Of a DNA stretch of 64,000 bases, positions 35,628 through 47,000 are shown piece by piece. The number at the start of each line of letters is the position of its first letter. The stretch's first letter is position 1. The translations under genes were made by a program, and so were the position numbers. Under the pieces are notes generated by a model, which worked only from the letters and a program-made list of their open reading frames with translations, made no database searches and was not told the DNA's origin. Source of the stretch: a virus; the IMG/VR virus record IMGVR_UViG_3300027969_000044, positions 102,312-166,311 of that record. One strand, given 5' to 3'.

Positions 35628-36365
35628 ATGAAATTTTATAAAAAATTACCATTAGATAATCATGCTCCTACTAGTAATCGTTTGAGTTTATTGGTAGACG
35701 GCCGACTTGTAACTGACAGTACAAACAGTTTTGAACTACCGCGAGGCCCAAAACTAGATCGACCTCCACAGATTGTAAACGGACAAATTCGTTACAGCAC
35801 AACGTTAAACGAAATTGAAGCTCGAGTCAACAATGTATGGGAAAAGATTCGTACGGTCAGGCCAGCAACTCTTGCGGTACAGAACTTAGGAGTTGGCAAC
35901 AATCAAGTTGATACATTTGGACCATTGAACACTGAATATAGTCCTTCATATGCTGCCGGCGATGCTAACGCAATGGTCTATGTTGATAACGTATATCAAA
36001 TTCCCGGAGTTAATTACACACTGGGTAGCGCAAACACTGCAACAAACAGAACAGCGCAAACAGCATTAGCAGGAACAAACACGCTATTTCTCAGTAGTCT
36101 AACAAACGTTATTATTGGTCAGAAAGTTGGCGGTAATCCTGCAATTCCTATAGCGGCATCAGTATATTCGATTGTTACCGCTTCAAGTGCAGTCGTATTG
36201 ACTTTGTCAATTACTGGAAATATTACTAGCGGTACTGCTATTACGTTTTCTTTTGGTACAGGAACTTACATTAATTTTAATGGAACAGTTCCGTTCAAAC
36301 CAGTCTATGCTGTGTTAGGAATGGATGGATATTTTCCTCCAGACGTTAACTACGCTGGCACCTAA
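35628..36365 (+). CDS. Virion structural protein
   Basis: LPRG....RP....NGQIRY.TT..E.E and MVYVDNVYQIPG.NYT motifs, common in large-myovirus fibre/baseplate proteins. Confidence 0.6.
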   Translation: MKFYKKLPLDNHAPTSNRLSLLVDGRLVTDSTNSFELPRGPKLDRPPQIVNGQIRYSTTLNEIEARVNNVWEKIRTVRPATLAVQNLGVGNNQVDTFGPLNTEYSPSYAAGDANAMVYVDNVYQIPGVNYTLGSANTATNRTAQTALAGTNTLFLSSLTNVIIGQKVGGNPAIPIAASVYSIVTASSAVVLTLSITGNITSGTAITFSFGTGTYINFNGTVPFKPVYAVLGMDGYFPPDVNYAGT

Positions 36366-36389
36366 ACAAGCACTTTTTCCAAACCCTAA

Positions 36390-36489
36390 TAAATACATCG
36401 ATGTCAGAATTTCTGGCAGTCGATCATACTGTGGTAAACCAGCAATGTAATTTGGTTATCCGTGAAACTCGGTGTTTAGGGGACTTTGA
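36390..36489 (+). promoter_or_regulatory. Late promoter (TAAATA 36390-36395) with structured leader for the giant-fibre operon
   Basis: Hairpins at 36397-36424, 36437-36457 and 36460-36472, then SD AGGGG. Confidence 0.5.
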
Positions 36490-39400
36490 ATGGCCATTGG
36501 TCGCATATCTGGTCCGTTATTAGCGCAGAACTTACTGCGTAATGGCGTTGACCTTGCTTTTGAAACAGACCTGTTATACCTCGATGTAACAAACGGCCGC
36601 ATTGGTATTAAGGAATCAGCCCCTAAAGCAGAGTTAGATGTCAATGGCGATATACTTGCCCACAGAATAAATGTTAACACAGCAACAATTGGGTTAACAA
36701 CGATCACAAGTTCTGAAACAAGTAGTACAATTTCAACACTACTTGGCCCGCTAAATGTTGTAGCTGGCATAAACGATTTAATTAACTTATATTCTAACGT
36801 AGAATTATACGGTAACTTACATGCTACTGGAAATATTACTGCGGACGGTAATATTGTTCTAGGCGATACAACTAGTTCTGATACACTTATTGTTGAAGCT
36901 GAAATTGAATCAGATTTGTTACCTAGTCTAACTTCAGGAACTGGAACAGTAGTAAACACTAGTACAGTTATATCACCGTATAGTATAGGTTCTACATCTG
37001 GATTTTGGTTAAACGGATATTTTGATACTGTAGTCACAAATAAAATTGCCCCAGGCACTGGAACAGACATAACTGTCTTCCCTAATCCTATACAAAACTT
37101 AGACGGATCTGCTAAAAACTTATTCACTATAAATGGCGACATTCGTGTATACGGCGGAAACCCTATTGGTACTGCTCCTGTTGTAAGTAATGTATTATAT
37201 GTTACTATGGACGGAGATGACGATAACGACGGGCGAGCAGAAGACTCAAGTCGTGCTTGCCGTACAGTTAGTGGTGCTGTAAAAAGTCCTTTTTATAAAG
37301 AAGGCACAATTATTAAAGTTCGTAGCGGATACTACTATGAAGATAATCCTATAGCACTTCTGCCATATACTGCTGTAGTAGGAGATGATCTACGCACAAC
37401 ATTCCTTGAGCCGATTAACAACGATACTGATCTATTTTGGGTTAATAGCGGAGTGTACATTGCTCAAATGGCATTCTTAAATCTTCGTAGAGGAAGTGTA
37501 ACACGATATGCTCCTGGCGGAATTGGTGAATACGAAACAGGTGCGTACTGTGTTGCGTTTCCTCCGTCACTAGACAATCCTATAGATGTATATCACAGTC
37601 CGTACATACAGAACTGTACCAACCAATCCGGGCCTTGGATGTACGATGGCACAATGTTTGTCCCTAATCATACTGTTCAAGTGCCTCGTGTTTGGGGCAC
37701 CGGAACATACCAAGCAAACACCACTACAGTAATTTTTCATAAAAATACTGCTTGTGTTGAAATGATCCAGCTTGGAGATACTATTAATGGATCTGGAATA
37801 TTAATGGACCCAGCTGTTCCGAACGCGGTAGTCACACACATTTCTAGACCAGATACGTTATATCTAAGGGCGCAGACCTTACTAGAAAAGAATAAGCCAT
37901 TTATACAAGCAGAAGTTATAGGATACCTAAGTTCTCAATTTCCTAATGTAGTTTATGATGCCAATACTTGTAAGCGGGATGTTGGCCTTGTTGTTGATGC
38001 TATTACATATGATGCTATATTAGGTGGCAACAAAAAATCAGTTACTGCCGGGGTATCATATTATAACGGAAACAGTCTTGTTATCAAAAGCACTGAGACA
38101 ACTGCTACTATTGCAGCCTTCCAATATGTAAACACATTGGCACAAAAAGTGTTAACAAATTCTGCGCCAACAACTTCATATCAAAATAATGTATATCAGT
38201 ATATTGATACAAATTTATATGGGGCTGAAGTAGCAGGGCCGGCCGTTACTGCTCGAGTCAATGACATTGTAGATATTATTCAAAATTGGGCAGGCATAGA
38301 AAATGCCGCGGCATTGATTAGTGCCAACAGATCTTTTATACAAACAGAAGTAATTGCGTTCTTGGATGATCAGTACACTTCATTAAATTATGATAGAGGT
38401 ACCTGCTATAGAGATATTGGATTGATTGTTGATGCTGTTCAATACGACTTGCTACATAAATCAAATGTACAAAGTATTATTGCCGCAGAAAGTTACTGGG
38501 AAGGTGTAACAAGTATTATTGCCGGCGAGCAGTACGAAACTGCCGCAGCCATTCAGTACGCAAGAAATTTAACATCTAATATTGTAAGCAATATTACAGC
38601 TACAACATACCAGTCAACAGTGACTCAAGTTATAACTCCAAGTTTGTCTGGAGGGGTGTTAGCTCTACCTTCGTTACAATCTAACTATAACATGATTGCT
38701 ACCGTAGTTACATCTGGTACAAACTACTTGCCAGTTAGTACAAACTCTACACTAACAGAATTCTTGCTAACTTTAAGTACTGTGACTGTAAATGTTTCCA
38801 CAACTGGATCTGTTTACATTGGTGATACTTATGTTTACCCTGTATTAGAAAAAGATATACCAAATCGTTGGGACGGCGGAAATGCGGCCGAAGGCGATAG
38901 AAGAATTGATCCTCATGGCTCCGGTGGCGGCGCTCTTGTTGATGGTAACGCTCCGTCAACCAGAAGTCCAATACAATCATTTGTGTTTGATGCATTTACT
39001 CAAATAACACAAGGCGGTCACGGAGTACATATTATTAACAACGGCTACGCTCAGTTAGTATCTGTGTTTACAATTTTCAACGACATTGCAGTTCATGTTG
39101 AAAGCGGCGGCATTGCTTCAATTACAAACTCTAACAGTAATTTTGGTGACTTATGTTTAGTAGCTGAAGGATTTGGTAAGAAAGAATTTAACGGCACCAT
39201 TTATAACGCACCGTTTGTTGCGTATGATCCTAACTCAAATACACTATCAGATGATGAAAATTATCCTTTAGGTTACTTCCCAAGATATCAAGAAGTAGCT
39301 GTGTTCATACCTGATTCAAGGAACCGTCCACATATTAGTTTAATAATGGAAGTTGTTCCACCGGACTATATTATTGATTATGAAGATCAAACAGTTCCTT

Positions 39401-40602
39401 ACCGCAACGAACAAGGGTTTGAAGGATTCTTGGCAGCAATTTCTAATACTAGTACGCTAGTTCAGGGCAGTCTAACGCTTACAGGAATTGATACAACCGG
39501 TATTGCTGTTGGTCACACTTTAAATATTCGTAACCAATACGGCGAAACTAGCTATCAAGGAATTGAATATATTTCAAGTGGTACCATAGTAACGCATGTT
39601 GGATATAAAACTGTTACTCTAAATAAACCTATTCAAAAGGGAGACCCTGGAGAAAGATTTAATGAAAATTATTTTAATTTATATTTTTCAGGAAACGCAT
39701 ACTATACAATTCTAAGCAGTATTTTAGGTCCAAGTCCAATACCTCCAGGTCAAAATAAAATTAGAGGTCAAGAAGTAGAAACAGTTGCGGCAATTAATTA
39801 TTTAAAAACTATTGCTAGCAGAGTAGTTTCTAATCTTGCAGTTACAACGACATATCAAACTGCTATTGGACAAACAATTGATCCTGCGTACAGCGGAGGC
39901 TCTGCAGCAGTATCATTTATTAATTCTGAATTAGACATAGTAACAGGAATTATATTACAAGGCCCTAGCGCAACACCAATTGTTAAGACGACCGGAACTT
40001 TTGTAGCAGGGTCAACTGCGGCTATTGCGCTATTAACTAAGAACAGAAAATTCTTAGCCTCAGAAGTATTGGCGTTTACAACAAGTACATATCAAAATTT
40101 CCAGTTTAATAACTTGAAGTGTTACAGAGATGTACAATTGATGGTAGACGCAGTTTGCGAAGATTTATTAACTGGCGGAAACTTTAAAGTATGTGAAGCC
40201 GGTAATACATATTATAGTAAAGATGGAACATATCATATTGTAACTATTGAAGAAGGTGTAACTAACCCGTTACTATTCCCAGATGGTTGTAAAGTTAATT
40301 TCTATCAACGCTCGTACATGAGCGCAAGTGGTTATCTATTTGAGTATGTTGGAGCAGGAACAGACTACGGAGCCCTGCCACAGGTAGGAAGAGTAGATCC
40401 TGTGCAGTCCAAGGAAGTAGTTCAAGTAAATAATGGTAAGGTATTCTTTACATCGACAGACCAAAACGGCGATTATCGTATTGGTCCAGGGTTAGTTATT
40501 AGCCAAGCGACAGGTGTATTGAGTGGAAGAACATTCCAGAAAAGTTTGTTCGCAGAAATGACGCCGTTCATCTTAGCAGTTGAAACAGGCAGCGAAGGAT
40601 AA
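36490..40602 (+). CDS. Putative tail fibre/spike: pectin-lyase-like beta-helix with three phycobiliprotein-like C-x-R-D helical repeats
   Basis: MAIGRISGPLL..NL.R.G.DLAFET.LLYLDV N-terminus; VLYVT.DGDD.NDG and SPYIQNCT beta-helix motifs; CKRD, CYRD and CYRD at 37969, 38404 and 40120. Confidence 0.7.
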   Translation: MAIGRISGPLLAQNLLRNGVDLAFETDLLYLDVTNGRIGIKESAPKAELDVNGDILAHRINVNTATIGLTTITSSETSSTISTLLGPLNVVAGINDLINLYSNVELYGNLHATGNITADGNIVLGDTTSSDTLIVEAEIESDLLPSLTSGTGTVVNTSTVISPYSIGSTSGFWLNGYFDTVVTNKIAPGTGTDITVFPNPIQNLDGSAKNLFTINGDIRVYGGNPIGTAPVVSNVLYVTMDGDDDNDGRAEDSSRACRTVSGAVKSPFYKEGTIIKVRSGYYYEDNPIALLPYTAVVGDDLRTTFLEPINNDTDLFWVNSGVYIAQMAFLNLRRGSVTRYAPGGIGEYETGAYCVAFPPSLDNPIDVYHSPYIQNCTNQSGPWMYDGTMFVPNHTVQVPRVWGTGTYQANTTTVIFHKNTACVEMIQLGDTINGSGILMDPAVPNAVVTHISRPDTLYLRAQTLLEKNKPFIQAEVIGYLSSQFPNVVYDANTCKRDVGLVVDAITYDAILGGNKKSVTAGVSYYNGNSLVIKSTETTATIAAFQYVNTLAQKVLTNSAPTTSYQNNVYQYIDTNLYGAEVAGPAVTARVNDIVDIIQNWAGIENAAALISANRSFIQTEVIAFLDDQYTSLNYDRGTCYRDIGLIVDAVQYDLLHKSNVQSIIAAESYWEGVTSIIAGEQYETAAAIQYARNLTSNIVSNITATTYQSTVTQVITPSLSGGVLALPSLQSNYNMIATVVTSGTNYLPVSTNSTLTEFLLTLSTVTVNVSTTGSVYIGDTYVYPVLEKDIPNRWDGGNAAEGDRRIDPHGSGGGALVDGNAPSTRSPIQSFVFDAFTQITQGGHGVHIINNGYAQLVSVFTIFNDIAVHVESGGIASITNSNSNFGDLCLVAEGFGKKEFNGTIYNAPFVAYDPNSNTLSDDENYPLGYFPRYQEVAVFIPDSRNRPHISLIMEVVPPDYIIDYEDQTVPYRNEQGFEGFLAAISNTSTLVQGSLTLTGIDTTGIAVGHTLNIRNQYGETSYQGIEYISSGTIVTHVGYKTVTLNKPIQKGDPGERFNENYFNLYFSGNAYYTILSSILGPSPIPPGQNKIRGQEVETVAAINYLKTIASRVVSNLAVTTTYQTAIGQTIDPAYSGGSAAVSFINSELDIVTGIILQGPSATPIVKTTGTFVAGSTAAIALLTKNRKFLASEVLAFTTSTYQNFQFNNLKCYRDVQLMVDAVCEDLLTGGNFKVCEAGNTYYSKDGTYHIVTIEEGVTNPLLFPDGCKVNFYQRSYMSASGYLFEYVGAGTDYGALPQVGRVDPVQSKEVVQVNNGKVFFTSTDQNGDYRIGPGLVISQATGVLSGRTFQKSLFAEMTPFILAVETGSEG

Positions 40603-40614
40603 AGGAGAATAACA

Positions 40615-41004
40615 ATGGCACTAATTCCATTAAACACATTTAAAACAAAGACTGCGGTATTGTCAACATCAACTACCGCAACTGTATATGTTGCCCCAAT
40701 TGGTGTAACTAGTATTGTTCTTATGGCACAAGTATCAAACACTGACGATACTAACGATCACGCAATAACTTTTAGTCATCACAGACGATTTAGGGTACTG
40801 CCAGACGCTCAAGGTAACAATGCTCAATCACCAAACGTTACTACAGAACTAGTTAGAAACTTTGTTATACCTGCCGCTGACGCAGGCACAATGATTACAG
40901 GTAAAATGATTATTGAAAGTCAAGATAGTATTAGGGCTTACACAAATGACACTACCGGTAAGATGAAACTAGTAATGAGTATTCTAGAAACAGCAAATAC
41001 ATAA
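40615..41004 (+). CDS. Small beta-sandwich virion protein
   Basis: VYVAP....IVLMAQVSN...IPAADA....GKMIIE..DSIR; SD AAGGAG. Confidence 0.6.
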   Translation: MALIPLNTFKTKTAVLSTSTTATVYVAPIGVTSIVLMAQVSNTDDTNDHAITFSHHRRFRVLPDAQGNNAQSPNVTTELVRNFVIPAADAGTMITGKMIIESQDSIRAYTNDTTGKMKLVMSILETANT

Positions 41005-41016
41005 TAAGAGATCGCA

Positions 41017-44000
41017 ATGCCAAGATTAATTAGTCAACGTAAGCCGGTTAAGCCACCGGAGAAGTTAACAGACGATAGGTGGGACTATCTTGCCTTAACT
41101 CAGGCCCAACCAAATTTAGGACTAGCTCCTACAAACAACGACGGCTATACATTACAGACTGATGAAACTGGTAAACAAACTTTTACTAATACTCTTGGAA
41201 AGTTAGAGTTTGATAATAGTATTATTACCAATACTCAACAAACAGATATTACAATTGAAAATCTCAACAACGGTAATATTATTTTAAGCCCGGACCAAAA
41301 AGTTTGGATCAAGAAAGATTTATTAGTTGAACAAAATACAGAAATTGATGGGCAGATTGTTGTTAAAGGCGACAATCCTCTCGGAACATTTCCAGTAATT
41401 AACTATACATTATATGTAAACGAAAACGGTGATGATGCCAATGACGGCCGCGCCATGGATCCGAGTCGTGCTAAAAGAACAATTAGCGGAGCAGTTCGCA
41501 GTCCTTACTATACAGAAGGAACTGCTATTCGAGTAGCTGCCGGACATTATTGGGAAGATAATCCAATCCCATTAAAGGCAAGTACTTCTGTTATCGGTAA
41601 CGACTTACGAACAACTTTTATTGAACCTCTAAATAAAGAGGACGATTTATTCCACGTTAACTCAGGTGTGTATATTGCTCAACTGGCAATGTTAAATTTA
41701 AAGAAAGGTAGTGTAGAAAGATATGCTCCGGGCGGTGGCGGCAAATACATTACCGGCGCTTACGCAACAGCGTTTCCTCCTAAGTTAGATGATCCTATCC
41801 TTGTTCAGTATTCGCCATACATTCAGAACTGTACTAATCAATCAGGACCATGGTTGTTTGACGGTACTATGTTCTTACCCAATCAAACAGTCCAAGTTCC
41901 ATTGGGGTCGGGTATTTCTAGTTTTGTTGTTGATACAAACACTCTTACTGTAGCAATGGCTACTGGAAGTATTGCTATAGGAATGAGCATCGACGATGAG
42001 CCTAACGTTGGGTACGAAAACGCATATAAATTATTAAAGAAAAACAAACCATTTTTACAATCAGAAATTGTTGCTTGGGTAAGCGCAACATATCCAACAT
42101 TTGTATATGACCGTGATTTATGTTATAGAGATGTAGGATTAATAATCGATGCGGTTGCGGGCGACTCTAGATTTGGCGGAAATTTACGTGCTCGAGAGGC
42201 AGGACTTTCTTACTGGAACGGCAATTATAGTTTAATTCAAAATGAACAAGCACAAACTATTGCAGCTATTGGTCGACTAAAACAGTTAACATCAAAAGTT
42301 ATTACAAATACAATAAACACTGGGTTATCTCAAACTTTAGTTAGTCAAGTAGTTGATCCGTTGCTCCCCGGCGGCAATATTGTTTCTACCCGATTAACTA
42401 CGGCTCTTGATATTATTTCAAATATGATTAGTACAGGGCCTTCTGGTCTTCCTGATCCTATTGAACCAGCTTACGGATTAATTTTTACATCTCAATTAAG
42501 CCCAGATCAAATTACAAGAGCAAGTACAGTAACCAATATTACAAGTACTTCAACTGGCCTTGCTAATGCTCAAACATTATTGCAATTAAACAAACAATTT
42601 ATTCAGAGTGAAATTGTTGCTTGGGTAGATCAAACATATCCAAATTTAAATTACGATAAAGAATTGTGTTTTAGAGATGTTGGGCTAATTGTTGACGCAG
42701 TATCAATTGACGGTATCATCGGTGGCAATATTCAAAGTAGAATAGCAGGTTTAAAATATTATACCGGTAACACGAGTAATATTCCTAACGAAATTCCTCA
42801 AACTGTTGCCGCAGTTGAATATATCAACGAGTTAGCACAGCAAATTATTGATAATCAAACAGTTACGCAATTAACAACATCTACACAAGTTATTCGTCCG
42901 TTACTAGTTGATGGAATTGACGCAAGTGAAGGAATTGCAGCCAGCATTAATATTATAACAAACATTATTGCCAACGGCCAACTAAGCGCACCAGCGCCTG
43001 TTTATCCAAGTTTAGATCAGTATGTTGTAACCTTAGATAAGAAAACAGTTGGTCCAGCAACTAGTTCTACAATTTATTTTGGATACACAACAGTTTACCC
43101 AGTTGAAGAGAAAAACATTCCAGAAGAATGGTTGTCTAAGAGAGCATTAAATCCGAGCGGCTCAGGCGGCGGAGCACTTGTCGACGGTAACGCTCCGAGC
43201 GCAAACAGTCCTATTCAGTCGTTTGTGTTTGATGCGTTTACGCAGTTAAATCAAGGCGGCATTGGTGTACACGTTATTAACAACGGCTATGCCCAGTTAG
43301 TATCTGTGTTTACAATTTTCTGCGACGTTGGTGTTCTAACCGAGAACGGTGGTATCTGTTCTATTACTAACTCTAACGCTAACTTTGGCAACTACTCTCT
43401 TGTATCTAAAGGATACGGTAAGTTAGAGTTCTCGGGAATTATTTGGAACCCTAAATTTCCAACTAACATCCCTAACGGCGAGTACTATCCATTAGGATAC
43501 TGGCCACAAAAAGGAAAGTGCGAAGTATATATTCCTGATCTAGTTAATCGTCCCCACATTGCTTTGATTATGGAAATTGTTCCACCAAAGACTTACATTG
43601 ATTATAACGGTGATCGTGTTCCTTATCTAAATGCTCAAGGGTATCCCGGATATTTAGGCGCAGCCGTTAATACTAGTACTATTACTGCTGGCGCATATTC
43701 TATCGATCACATCGACACCGCTGGCATTTCAGTAGGTCATAAACTTTTTATTAGAGATTTGTCTGGTGACGAGGGCATTGACGGAGTTCCGTATGCGTCA
43801 GAAGGAACAACAGTAGTTGATGTTGGATTCCAAAGTGTAACATTAGACAAACCTCTAAATTTAAATGCCGGAGACACTACTAACGACTTTTATTTTAATT
43901 TGTTCTTCTGTGGCAATGCCTACTATACAATTCTTTCTAGTGAAGTTGATAATACAGTTACTCAGAAGAGTACAGTTAGCTGGGTTAACGAGCAAGAAAA

Positions 44001-47000
44001 CGAAACATCGGCGGCAATTCGTTATGCTCGAGATGTTGTCAATAATGTAGTTTCAAATATTCCAGTATCAGATCCGTATCAAACAAGTGTAACGCAGGCT
44101 ATTGAATTAGAATACAGTGGTGGACAAAATGCTGTCGGAACACTAAGTGATAAATTTAATATCATTGCCGACATGATACAGTTTGGTCAAAACGCGGCTC
44201 CTGCTATTGTTAAGAACAGTCCATTAAGAACTTCAAATAAAGATTTGTTAAATGCGGCAAAATTAATAGACGATAATAAAACATTTATACAAGAAGAAGT
44301 TACTTCGTTTGTAGATGCTGAGTTAGTAGGGTTTACATATAACAAAGAAAAATGTTTCCGCGATACTGGACTAATTGTTGATAGTATTGCTTTTGATATT
44401 TTGTATGGCGGGACAAGCCAATCAACTTTTGCCGGACTACAGTACTGGAATCAAAATGGTTATACAGGAAAAATTCCAAGTGAAATTACAACAACAACTA
44501 ACACAATCTTGTATGTACAAGAGTTAGCCAAAAAAGTTGTTTTAAATGAAACTACTGGCACTAGATATCAAAATACTATTACACAAGTAATACTAACTGC
44601 TTCAAACTCTGCGTCTGTGGTAACCATTGATGAAGAATTTGGTGTAATTTTAAACATACTATCGAGCGGAACCGCCGGAGTTACTGACTTGATTATACCT
44701 AATGGTATTGCTAGTACGGCTACAGACGTAGTTTATGCTTATAATTTATTACAAGCTAACAAACGATACATTCAGAGCGAAGCTATTGCGTATGTCAATC
44801 AAACTTACCCGGCAGAATTTGTTTATAATAAAACTAAATGCGCTAGAGATAGTGGTATTATTGTTGACTCTATTATCCTTGACGTATTGTATCCTAATGA
44901 TTTAAATAGTCAATCAACTTTTGCTGGACTACAATATTGGAATCAAGACGGATATGTTGGCGACATTGCTAACGAACTAACAACAACTACAAATGCTATT
45001 AATTATGTTAGCCAATTAGCACAACAAATTGTACAAAATATTACTACCGGTACTCGTTATCAGTCTACTATTACTCAAATAACTGGATTAGTCGCTACTG
45101 CCAACGAAGCAACTAAGATAGCAACTGACTTTTCAGTTATTACAAATATTTTAACAGGCGGAACTGCGGGCGTTAGCGATTTACTAGTTGCTAATAATAT
45201 TGAACCTAGCACAGATATTAATACTAATCGTGCTTACGCATTGCTACAAGAAAACAAAGATTATATTTCTGCCGAAGCAGTTGCTTGGGTTGAAGCAAAT
45301 AAGACAGCAGGGTTCACTTACGATAAAGCCAAGTGCGGACGTGATACTGGATATATGGTTGATAGTATAGCATTTGATTTGTTACACGGTGGCAATCGAC
45401 AAGCAATTCAATCCGGTGTTTACTACTACGGCTTTTCTAATACGTCAAGTGCTATTCCAAATGAAAGCACACAAACTGTTGCCGCATTTAATTTTATCAA
45501 ATCAATTAGCAGACAAATTGTTCAAAATAATTTAGTAACACCTAAACAAACAGTTGTTCCTCAAGTAACCAATCTACCTCCGAGTACAGACATTCAGGGG
45601 GCAGTGTTTGGTACAAAGATTGATGTTATCACTCGAATTATTACATCTGGGACAAGTGTTGCTAATGAGCCAAGTCCTATTAGTCTAACACGTACTACAA
45701 GCACTAATGCATTGCTAGCCGCAAAAGTATTAGACGCAAATAGAGAATTTATTCAAGCTGAAGTTATTGCTTACTTAGATGAAACATTTAATTTCTCTTA
45801 TGACCCAGTATTGTGCTTCCGCGATGTTGGATATATGATTGACTCTGTAAGTTTTGACTTGTTACATGGCGGAAATAGGCAAGCAGTTCACAGCGGAGTG
45901 TACTACTATGGGTTTGATGCGTCGTCAAGTGCAGTGGAAGGGCAACGAATTGAAACTCAATATGCTTACGACCACATATCTGATTTAACAACAAAGATTT
46001 TAAACGGTGACGCAGTAACAACAGTTTATCAAACTACTATTACACAAGTAATATTACCGGCTGCTTCAGTAAGTGAGATTGTTGCGGCCGAAGAAAAGGT
46101 TAATGTAATTACAGGAATTATAGCAAACGGTCCAGGCGTTGCCGGAGCAAAGACTCCTATTGGCTTAACAGCAAGTTCAAGTACTACTGTACAAAACGCT
46201 TTCAACGCAATTTTAGCAAATAAAGAATTTATTCAAGCCGAAACTATTGCGTATGTTGATAGATCTTTTAGCAACTTCAGTTACGACCAAGTTAAGTGTG
46301 CTAGAGATACTGGAATTATTATTGATAGTTTAGCAACTGATTTGTTGTTCTCCGGATCAAGTCAATCAGCATTCTCTGGATTACAATATTGGAACCAAGG
46401 AGACTACACTGGTAGCATTGCTGGCGAGTTAACAACTACTACTAACGCAATTAATTATGTTAAAGACTTGGCAAGACATGTTATTTTAACATCAACAACT
46501 GGCACACGTTATCAGTCAACTGTTAGCCAAGTAACAAATCTTCCAGCAGGTAATATTGCTGCAGCCGATTTAGTTACTGCTGATTTTGATTTAATTGTTG
46601 ATATTTTAAACAATGGAACTGACGGTGTTACAGATTTAATTGAAGCAAATGGCAATGTAAGCAGTGATATTAATGTTACTCGTGCTTATGCGCTTTTACA
46701 AGCAAATAAAAATTATCTACAACACGAAGCCATTGCCTATGTTGAAGCAACTAAGACTGGCGGGTTTGAATTTGATAGAGAAAAATGTGCTCGAGATCTA
46801 GGATACATTTTAGAAGGCGTATATTACGATGTTGCATTGGGTACAACTTACCACGCAGTCACTAGTGGACAATCATATCAGCGAGGGATAGCAAGTTCTC
46901 AAGCGGTTCTTGATAAAGAATTAACACAAACTGTAGCGGCAATCAACTACGCTAAATCTAAAACAGCATTACTAGTCGGAAGCGATTCAACTGCTCTAAC

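Noticed and set aside
36425-36475. Similarity to the c-di-GMP-I riboswitch (GGTAAACC ... GAAA)
   Set aside because: Only a fragment matches; the second conserved hairpin and the GCAAAG junction are missing.
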